The notes under the pieces are model-generated. The model was not told the origin of the DNA. It saw nothing but the letters and a program-made list of their open reading frames with translations, and did no database searches. 64,000 nucleotides of DNA from NCBI GenBank assembly GCA_964413735.1, contig CAYPSS010000004.1, positions 39,538 to 103,537 of the forward strand, read 5' to 3'. The first letter of the stretch is position 1, and every line of letters starts with the position of its first letter. A program made the translations under genes and the position numbers. This document shows positions 47,832 through 54,790 of the stretch, piece after piece. This DNA is from an uncultured Gammaproteobacteria bacterium (GTDB lineage: Bacteria > Patescibacteriota > Patescibacteriia > UBA11705).

Positions 47832-49028
47832 ATGCCCGAACTATTTCCCCAAAAACTAAAAGCCAATTTCCCCCCTGAACAGCAGGATTATTATTTACGA
47901 TTGGCAAATGAATTAAAAGAACTTTTGAATGGTCAAACGCAGGAGGAAGTGCTGGCCAGTGGCGATCCGAAAATTATCCAAAAAATTTTGAAGATCAAGC
48001 AAGAAATGCTGAATTTTGTGTTAACCAAGAAAACTAGGGAAATGGTAAAACAAGAAGAAAAAGAACAAGAAGAAAGAATATTGAGACAAAGAAAAGAGCA
48101 ATTGGAAAAAGAAAGACAAACAGTAGGTTTAGATGAAATTGAAAGAAAACAAAAGGCGGGTGAAGAATTAACTGATAATGAATTGAAGTTTTTGTATCGG
48201 ATTGATGGACTTGGTTTGTCTTTTTCATCTAGTAATGAAGATAAAAAACGAGTAGAAGATATTATAAATCAACGAAATATTAAGGAAGATGTTTCTTATG
48301 TTTTAGGTTGTTCAGAAGATCAAGTGAGTTTAACAACACAAGAGTTTTTAGCTGGGACAGACATTGTTTATCATTTTGGATTTCTTGATTTAAGAAGTTT
48401 AACGAACATTGAAGGAGTAAAATTACCGCAAATTATTGGTGGGGGTCTTTATTTAGGCAGTCTAACGAGCGCTGAAGGATTACAATTACCGCAAAGTATT
48501 GCAGGAAGTCTTTATTTAAGCCGTCTAACGAGCGCTGAAGGATTACAATTACCGCAAATTATTGGTGGAAGTCTTGATTTAGAAAGTATAACGAGCGCTG
48601 AAGGATTACAATTACCGCAAAGTATTGGAGGGTGGCTTGATTTAAGTAGTATAACGAGCGCTAAAGGATTACAATTACCACAAAGTATTGGCGAAGATCT
48701 TTATTTAAACAGTTTAACGAGCGCTGAAGGATTACAATTACCGCAAATTATTGCAGGAAGTATTTATTTAGGCAGTCTAACGAGCGCTGAAGGCTTACAA
48801 TTACCGCAAAGTATTGGTGGAAATCTTGATTTAAGCAGTCTAACGAGCGCTGAAGGATTACAATTACCGCAAAGTGTGGGAGGAAATCTTAATTTAAACA
48901 GTCTAACGAGCGTTGAAGGATTAGAAATCCCTTTGGGTATTAAATCACTTTGTTTTGAAAAAATGTCAGATAATGAAATTGAAAAATTAAAACAAAAATA
49001 TCCGCATATAACAGTAACAAAAGAATAA
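47832..49028 (+). CDS. LRR-like repeat protein, paralog B, with 9 near-identical 21-aa repeats (LTSAEGLQLPQSIGGNLDLSS)
   Basis: 398 aa. Same N-terminal domain as paralogs A and C; the repeat block is encoded by 63-bp tandem DNA repeats. Confidence 0.75.
   Translation: MPELFPQKLKANFPPEQQDYYLRLANELKELLNGQTQEEVLASGDPKIIQKILKIKQEMLNFVLTKKTREMVKQEEKEQEERILRQRKEQLEKERQTVGLDEIERKQKAGEELTDNELKFLYRIDGLGLSFSSSNEDKKRVEDIINQRNIKEDVSYVLGCSEDQVSLTTQEFLAGTDIVYHFGFLDLRSLTNIEGVKLPQIIGGGLYLGSLTSAEGLQLPQSIAGSLYLSRLTSAEGLQLPQIIGGSLDLESITSAEGLQLPQSIGGWLDLSSITSAKGLQLPQSIGEDLYLNSLTSAEGLQLPQIIAGSIYLGSLTSAEGLQLPQSIGGNLDLSSLTSAEGLQLPQSVGGNLNLNSLTSVEGLEIPLGIKSLCFEKMSDNEIEKLKQKYPHITVTKE
48386..48930 (+). repeat. About 8.6 copies of a 63-bp in-frame tandem repeat (VNTR) inside LRR paralog B
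   Basis: Unit ctaacgagcgctgaaggattacaattaccgcaaagtattggtggaaatcttgatttaagcagt is repeated head-to-tail with only a few substitutions per copy. Confidence 0.85.
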
Positions 49029-49029
49029 T

Positions 49030-49809
49030 ATGCCCGAACTTTTTTCCCAAAAATTAAAAGCCAACTTCACCCCTGAACAGCAGGATTATTATTTACAATT
49101 GGAAAATGAATTAAAAGAACTTTTGGGCGGTCAAACGCAAGAGGAAGTACTTGCTAGTGGCGATCCGGCAATTATCCAACAAATTTTGAAGATCAAGCAA
49201 GAAATGCTGAATTTTGTGTTAACCAAAAAGACTAGAGAAATGACTAGACAAGAGGAGAAAGAAAGATTGAAACAAGAAAAACGATCAATTAGTTTGGATG
49301 AAATTGAGAGAAAACAAAAAGCCGGAGAAGAATTAACAGATAATGAATTGAGGTTTTTGTATCGGATTGATGGGTTTGGATATTTTTACTCTGAATATTC
49401 AAATGAAAGGAGAGTGTTAGATATAATAAAAAAAAGAAATGTTAAACAAGATGTCTCGTATCTTTTGGATTGTGATGAAGAGCAGGTAAGTTTAACTGAA
49501 GAAGAATTTTTAAATAACAAAGATATTTTGTATCATTGTAATAATCTTATTCTTCCTACTACTAATATGGCACAATTGAAATTACCTAAATATGTGCGGG
49601 GTATTCTTCAATTACCTGGAGTGACAAATGCCACTGGATTAATATTTCCTGAGGTTTTTCAAGTTCATTTACCAAATTTACAATCTACAGTAGGTTTGGA
49701 ATTTCCTGATTCCATTAAATTTGTGGCGGTGGATGCAAGAATGCCAGATAAGGAATTCAATAATTTGAGAATCAAATATCCTCAGATTCTTTTTACAAAG
49801 TTTACATAA
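49030..49809 (+). CDS. LRR-like repeat protein, paralog C (short; few degenerate repeats)
   Basis: 259 aa. The N-terminal 75 aa is nearly identical to paralogs A and B; the start is 2 bp after the stop of paralog B. Confidence 0.7.
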   Translation: MPELFSQKLKANFTPEQQDYYLQLENELKELLGGQTQEEVLASGDPAIIQQILKIKQEMLNFVLTKKTREMTRQEEKERLKQEKRSISLDEIERKQKAGEELTDNELRFLYRIDGFGYFYSEYSNERRVLDIIKKRNVKQDVSYLLDCDEEQVSLTEEEFLNNKDILYHCNNLILPTTNMAQLKLPKYVRGILQLPGVTNATGLIFPEVFQVHLPNLQSTVGLEFPDSIKFVAVDARMPDKEFNNLRIKYPQILFTKFT

Positions 49810-49925
49810 ATTAATAAAATTAAGACTTGAGTTTTTTCTATAGTTACTAGGAGTCATGATTGACTTTTTTTTGTTAATATATTAAATTAATTGCACTAGT
49901 ATGAGTCCTTTTTACCGGAGGAGCT

Positions 49926-50723
49926 ATGAATTTCGAGGGTGTTCTTTTTACGGATATTGATGGAACTTTTAAACGGCGCAGTATGTTTCTGGATATTTTG
50001 GAAGCTTTGATTGCCGGTGGGTTGATTGATTTGACGGTAAAACAGGAAATTGATTGTTTGGAAAGTTTGTGGCAAAAACGTCAAGGTTCTTTTGATGAGT
50101 ATATTGGTCGGGCGGTGAAATTGTTTGAAAAATCATTGGCCGGATTGCCGGAGCAAGAAGTTAACTCCATTATTGAACAAACGGTTGATGAAAAATGTTC
50201 GCAGGTTTATGCTTTCACGCGTGAGTTGATTAAGAAAAAGCGAGATCAAGGTTGGCTGGTTTGTGCGATCAGCGCTTCGCCTTATTTGGGCGTACAGCGA
50301 TTTTGCCAGTATTGGGGAATTTCGTTTTTTATTGGTACGCACATGGAAGTACGGGATGGTTATTTCACCGGTAAACGCGATGTGGTAGATGGTAAGAGGA
50401 AAGTTGATTTTATGCAGGATTTGCTTACTCGGCCGGATTTGGCTCGTTTACCTATTGGTAATGTTTGGGCGATTGGCGATACTTTGGGTGACATGCCGAT
50501 GTTGCAAAATGCAGGAACACCAATTGCTTTTAACCCGTCGGCGGACTTGCTGAGTGCTTGTCGTAAAGAATTGCCCGGTACCACGGTGGTTGTGGAAAGA
50601 AAAGATGTGGTGGTGGAAATGTATCATGCGGAGATTTGTTTGTGGCGCGTGTTGTCTGACGGTTCATTACAGTTTCTGAATAGTTCCGCTAAACCGAATT
50701 TCGTTAGTATTTTGGATTATTGA
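49926..50723 (+). CDS. HAD-superfamily hydrolase (HAD-IB/phosphoserine-phosphatase-like)
   Basis: 265 aa. Motif I FTDIDGTF (DxDxT); motif IV GDTLGDMPM. Confidence 0.7.
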   Translation: MNFEGVLFTDIDGTFKRRSMFLDILEALIAGGLIDLTVKQEIDCLESLWQKRQGSFDEYIGRAVKLFEKSLAGLPEQEVNSIIEQTVDEKCSQVYAFTRELIKKKRDQGWLVCAISASPYLGVQRFCQYWGISFFIGTHMEVRDGYFTGKRDVVDGKRKVDFMQDLLTRPDLARLPIGNVWAIGDTLGDMPMLQNAGTPIAFNPSADLLSACRKELPGTTVVVERKDVVVEMYHAEICLWRVLSDGSLQFLNSSAKPNFVSILDY

Positions 50724-50755
50724 AAATTGACCGAGGAAATAGGCCTCGGTTTTTT
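50696..50755 (+). repeat. Direct repeat copy A (3' end of the HAD gene + terminator), partner at 53941-54000
   Basis: 60 bp with 55/60 identity to copy B; it includes ...SILDY* and the hairpin accgagg-aaatagg-cctcggt plus a T-run. Confidence 0.85.
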
Positions 50756-50756
50756 C
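50728..50756 (+). terminator. Rho-independent terminator of the HAD gene
   Basis: Hairpin accgaggaaataggcctcggt followed by TTTTTT. Confidence 0.7.
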
Positions 50757-50880
50757 TTAGAAAGAGATATCTTAATGAGCAAAAATTAATGTTGGAATTG
50801 TTTGACATTAATTGTTGTTTTTGGTAAATTAGTTTGTTGGTGTTCTTTACAATTTAATTTTCTCACAACAGGAGGAACAG

Positions 50881-51414
50881 ATGAATAATGTGGATGTTTT
50901 TAATGATATGGATCATGATATTAGCCATAAGGCAAGGGAAATAGTTGATTTCTTGAAATCTCAAGGGATAAATTTCACTTCCGGTGTCCCGTGTGGTGTT
51001 TTGCGTGATTTAATTCGTTGTTTAACAAATGATTCTGAAATAATGTTTGTTCCAGCGACAAGGGAGTCAGAGGTTGTTGGTTTAGCTGCAGGAGCGACTT
51101 TTGCAGGTAAAAAGGTGGTTGTCTTTATGCAAAATTCTGGCTTATTTTTAGCTTCGAATGATATTGCCTCTTTACTCCTCCCATATGAATTACCGGTATA
51201 TTTTTTGGTCACTTATAGAGGGTGTCCGGATGAAGATGCTATTCAACATAAATACACAGGTCAAGCCACTGAAGCACTTCTTAAATCTTTAGATATTGAA
51301 TATCTTATTTATAATTCAAAAAATGGTTTAAATGATGTTCAATATTTATATTCACGAATGGTGGATACTGGTTTGCCGGTTGTTCTATTGTTAAAACGGG
51401 GGTGGGATAAATGA
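50881..51414 (+). CDS. TPP-dependent decarboxylase, alpha (Pyr-domain) subunit - sulfopyruvate/phosphonopyruvate decarboxylase family
   Basis: 177 aa. Size and pattern match ComD-like alpha subunits (GVPCGVL...VPATRESEVVGLAAGATFAGKK). Confidence 0.6.
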   Translation: MNNVDVFNDMDHDISHKAREIVDFLKSQGINFTSGVPCGVLRDLIRCLTNDSEIMFVPATRESEVVGLAAGATFAGKKVVVFMQNSGLFLASNDIASLLLPYELPVYFLVTYRGCPDEDAIQHKYTGQATEALLKSLDIEYLIYNSKNGLNDVQYLYSRMVDTGLPVVLLLKRGWDK

Positions 51415-51989
51415 AAAGAGCGGACTCATTACAGGAGATTTTCGATCTATTTGATAACAATGACATTGTTGTTTCCACGACGGGTTTGATAAGTAGAGAA
51501 ATTTTTGAGAAATTTGATTCAGAACGCAATTTGTATTTTCCTGGGTCTATGGGTTTAGTTGCGTCTGTTGGTTTGGGATTATCCTTATGTCGGACCGATA
51601 GAAGAGTTATTGTTATCGATGGTGATGCAAGTTTATTAATGAACTTGAATTCTCTTATGTTGATTGGGACGCAGTTACCACCTAATTTAATCCATTTTGT
51701 GTTGGATAATGAAGCGTATGGTTCGTGCAGTGAAGAAAAATCATTGTCAGATCAAGTAAACTTGGAAGGACTGGCAAAATTTTTTGGTTATCGATATACT
51801 TATGTTGTTACAGAAAGCGGTATTTTAAGATCGATTTATGGGCAAATAAAAGATGGTCCAGCATTAATAGTAGTAAAAATTCAACTTGGCGGACGGCGTG
51901 ATTTTGTCAGACCAAATAATTTACCACAAATCAAAAACCGTTTTTATCGATTTTTATCAATAACCCCAAAAGAAAGGAGAAAATTATGA
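51411..51989 (+). CDS. TPP-dependent decarboxylase, beta (PP-domain) subunit - sulfopyruvate/phosphonopyruvate decarboxylase family
   Basis: 192 aa. TPP-binding motif IDGDASLLMNLNSL...LDNEAYGS (GDG-x24-27-N). 4-bp overlap with the alpha subunit. Confidence 0.65.
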   Translation: MKRADSLQEIFDLFDNNDIVVSTTGLISREIFEKFDSERNLYFPGSMGLVASVGLGLSLCRTDRRVIVIDGDASLLMNLNSLMLIGTQLPPNLIHFVLDNEAYGSCSEEKSLSDQVNLEGLAKFFGYRYTYVVTESGILRSIYGQIKDGPALIVVKIQLGGRRDFVRPNNLPQIKNRFYRFLSITPKERRKL

Positions 51990-52810
51990 TGTTCAAAGGT
52001 CAAAAAATTTTTAATGCTTCGTTTGACATTTATGCAAAGAATTATCATAGCGCTCGTCCATCATATCCACAACAATTGTTTATTGATCTACATGATATTT
52101 GTGGTTTGACACCAGAAAGTTCTATTTTGGAATTGGGAGCTGGAAGTGGTATAGCAACGCGCGAACTGGGGAAATTTGGATGTCGTGTCGTAGGAATTGA
52201 GCCAGGGGCAAATTTGGTTAGTATTGCCAAGGAACAAACTGCTGATCAGCCTCATGTTGAAGTTTTAGAGGCAACATTTGAAAACTTGGAAACAAGGGAA
52301 AAATTTGATGCTGTGACGGCTTTTACTATGTTTCATTGGTTAAAAGATGATGATAAATACAGTAAGTTGGTTGATTTATTGAAAGATGATGGAAATTTAG
52401 TTATTGTTTGGAATAGTTTTTTTCAAAGTCAAGATCCGGTTGTGGCTGAGATTAATGCGCTTTATTCGAGAATTTTAAGCGAAGTATATGAAACAAGTAG
52501 TGGAGTAAATGAGGCAGTCTTGGCAAAGTTACGTAATCGTGAAATTGAATTGATGCAGAATGAGCATTTTGTTGTTTATGATTTACGGCGCTATGTTGTT
52601 GTTTATCACTATGATAGTGAGACATATCCCAATTTGCTTAACACTTTTCCTAAGATCATTAATCTTGAAGATGTAAAACGGCAAGAATTTTTATCTCAAG
52701 TGGCGGATGTTGTGAAGCGACACGGAACAATTTCAGTGCCAGTAATGACCACGTTATTGGTCTGCAAAAAAAGAGGTTTTTTTCTTTCGGCAATGGCGAC
52801 AACCAAATAA
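51986..52810 (+). CDS. Class I SAM-dependent methyltransferase
   Basis: 274 aa. Motif I ILELGAGSGIATREL; an acidic residue at the end of beta2 (VVGIEP). Confidence 0.7.
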   Translation: MMFKGQKIFNASFDIYAKNYHSARPSYPQQLFIDLHDICGLTPESSILELGAGSGIATRELGKFGCRVVGIEPGANLVSIAKEQTADQPHVEVLEATFENLETREKFDAVTAFTMFHWLKDDDKYSKLVDLLKDDGNLVIVWNSFFQSQDPVVAEINALYSRILSEVYETSSGVNEAVLAKLRNREIELMQNEHFVVYDLRRYVVVYHYDSETYPNLLNTFPKIINLEDVKRQEFLSQVADVVKRHGTISVPVMTTLLVCKKRGFFLSAMATTK

Positions 52811-52822
52811 AAGAGGTGGGGC

Positions 52823-53917
52823 ATGATTAATAAACAAAGAATTGAAGCTTTAGTGGAAAAATATAATATTCCTTTCGAAGACATTTTGTTTATTGCTTTG
52901 AATTATTATGGGATAGATTTTTATTGTTCATTTAACCGAATGAGGATGGGTTTATTATTAAGTGAAGATCCGTTATTTAGTTTTGCCCACAGCTTGGGAG
53001 AAAATAATTATTATTTTGCTTTGGCTGTGAATTGTTTAAGCCCATTTAGAATTGAAGGAAAATTTTTGACATTTGATCATTTGGTTGTCGGGCAAGTAAT
53101 TGAGCCTTCGGAAGATTTTTGTGATTCGAATTATCCAAGAAGAAATGGAACAGTCTTAAATTTTAACCCGAATTCACGAACATCTTGTCGTGGTTGTAAG
53201 TTTTGTTATACTGGATATCAAGTATCGCGAGACAGGAAAAAAGTTGCTTGTCGTGAGGAAATGCGCGTGTTTATAGAAAAATGGATGGAATTGAGTAGCT
53301 TTGATGATTTGTCTCATTTGATTCAAGTTGCTGTTGTGACGGGATGTTATGATAACGAATCTGAATTATTAAATTTTTTGTTGGTTTTTAATGAAGTTTT
53401 ATCCGTTTATAATTTTAGTGGAGAATTGTTTTATTTAGGATCTCAAATTACTAAATTAGATTCATTGCAAATATTACGAGAAATTAAAAATTTTGCTTAT
53501 TGTGTTTCTCTTGAGTGTTTTGATCGAAGAGAAGAACTTTTGCGTGAAAATAAGAGCAGTTTTTCACTTAACCAGGCACGGCAATTAATGATAGCAGCAA
53601 AAGACATGGGGTTTAGAATAAACTTTTCTTATATTGTTGGATTGGAATCCTTAGAAACGATTGCGCGAGGTTTTGGCGAAATGTTAGGTTGTACCAACAG
53701 TTTCCCAGTCGTGAATATTATGCAAAGACACGTTTATCATTCTAAAGAAATTTTGGATCCACTGGCTAATGATATAGAATATTTTTTACAGGCACGGAAG
53801 ATACTTGAAAGTGTTTTTGTTGAACAGTTATGGCGTCCTAGGGTTTGGGAGAATTATCGAAGCTTATGGTATCTAAAATTTGGCGAAGAAGTGTTAACGG
53901 GAATTAGAACCCCTTAA
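52823..53917 (+). CDS. Hypothetical protein with Cx2Cx2C cluster, possibly a non-canonical radical-SAM-like enzyme
   Basis: 364 aa. The TSCRGCKFCYTG triad has the spacing Cx2Cx2C rather than the canonical Cx3Cx2C; a later YIVGLESLET resembles the radical-SAM GxIxGxxE motif. Assignment uncertain. Confidence 0.45.
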   Translation: MINKQRIEALVEKYNIPFEDILFIALNYYGIDFYCSFNRMRMGLLLSEDPLFSFAHSLGENNYYFALAVNCLSPFRIEGKFLTFDHLVVGQVIEPSEDFCDSNYPRRNGTVLNFNPNSRTSCRGCKFCYTGYQVSRDRKKVACREEMRVFIEKWMELSSFDDLSHLIQVAVVTGCYDNESELLNFLLVFNEVLSVYNFSGELFYLGSQITKLDSLQILREIKNFAYCVSLECFDRREELLRENKSSFSLNQARQLMIAAKDMGFRINFSYIVGLESLETIARGFGEMLGCTNSFPVVNIMQRHVYHSKEILDPLANDIEYFLQARKILESVFVEQLWRPRVWENYRSLWYLKFGEEVLTGIRTP

Positions 53918-53940
53918 ACATGTTGTTACATAGCTGGGTC

Positions 53941-54000
53941 GGATTTTGTCAGTATCTTGGATTATTAAAAATTGACCGAGGAAATAGGCCTCGGTTTTTT
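53941..54000 (+). repeat. Direct repeat copy B (degenerate duplicate of the HAD 3' end + terminator)
   Basis: 55/60 identical to 50696-50755. It still encodes ...SILDY-stop in frame, but without an upstream gene body; the track ORF 53920..54117 is a remnant, not a gene. Confidence 0.85.
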
Positions 54001-54191
54001 TATTTTTTGAAAAAGTATAATGTTTCACGTATAACGTATAACGTATATATCTATAGCCTTATATTTTCATACCTAATACGTTATACGAATTCCAGATGTT
54101 ATCCACAAGTGAGGTGAAAAAAACGGTTTGATAATTTACGACGCTTTTGTTTTCCCAAATTTTAGAGTAAAAAAAACAAAATTATGAATAT

Positions 54192-54251
54192 TTGCTCGTG
54201 CGTAGATATAGTGGTATAATTAAGTCATATTATACTATATATTGTATTTTG
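54192..54251 (+). promoter_or_regulatory. Putative nrdR-nrdDG promoter (TTGCTC-17-TATAAT, extended TG) overlapped by two AT-rich 16-bp palindrome-like NrdR-box candidates
   Basis: -35 at 54192-54197 and -10 at 54215-54220. Box candidates are gtagatatagtggtat (54203-54218) and atactatatattgtat (54232-54247), about 29 bp apart. Confidence 0.35.
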
Positions 54252-54267
54252 CCAATAAAAGCATATT

Positions 54268-54753
54268 ATGAAATGTCCAGTTTGTTACCATGAAGATACC
54301 AAAGTATTGGATTCTCGTCCGGCCGCCGATGGTTTTGCGATCAGACGGCGTCGAGAATGCAATAAATGCGGTTTTCGTTTTTCCACTTATGAGGAAGTGG
54401 AAATTTTAGAGCTGATGGTGGTGAAAAGAGATGAACGACGCGAATCATATGACCGGGAAAAGTTGGAATCAGGATTGAAAAAAGCCTTAGAAAAACGACC
54501 GGTTGATCATGATCGTTTCCGTCAATTGGTGAATAATATTGAACGAGATATTCAGGTGGAGGTGAAAAATCAAAAAAGCGGTAATGAAATTGCCAGTGAT
54601 AAAATCGGACAATTGGCAATGGAAAATTTGAAAAAGGTTGATAAGGTGGCGTATATTCGTTTTGCTTCGGTTTACAAGGCTTTTGAAGATGCGGAAGAGT
54701 TTATGAAAGAAATACAGGAGTTGGTAAAGAAGCGCAATGGCGGTGATAAATAA
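54268..54753 (+). CDS. nrdR: Transcriptional repressor NrdR (zinc ribbon + ATP-cone)
   Basis: 161 aa. MKCPVCYHEDTKVLDSRPA...RRRECNKCGFRFSTYE is the canonical NrdR N-terminus. Confidence 0.9.
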   Translation: MKCPVCYHEDTKVLDSRPAADGFAIRRRRECNKCGFRFSTYEEVEILELMVVKRDERRESYDREKLESGLKKALEKRPVDHDRFRQLVNNIERDIQVEVKNQKSGNEIASDKIGQLAMENLKKVDKVAYIRFASVYKAFEDAEEFMKEIQELVKKRNGGDK

Positions 54754-54790
54754 AAAATAAATAATAATTAAGCGGTTTAGCTTTTAATCT

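Noticed and set aside
54099-54107. Perfect DnaA-box 9-mers (ttatccaca at 54099-54107; tgtggataa at 56853-56861) as an oriC signal
   Set aside because: Two isolated 9-mers 2.7 kb apart are within chance expectation for 128 kb of two-strand sequence; no cluster or adjacent dnaA.
53920-54117. Track ORF 53920..54117 (65 aa)
   Set aside because: Runs through the duplicated HAD-terminator repeat and AT-rich regulatory DNA; a remnant, not a gene.
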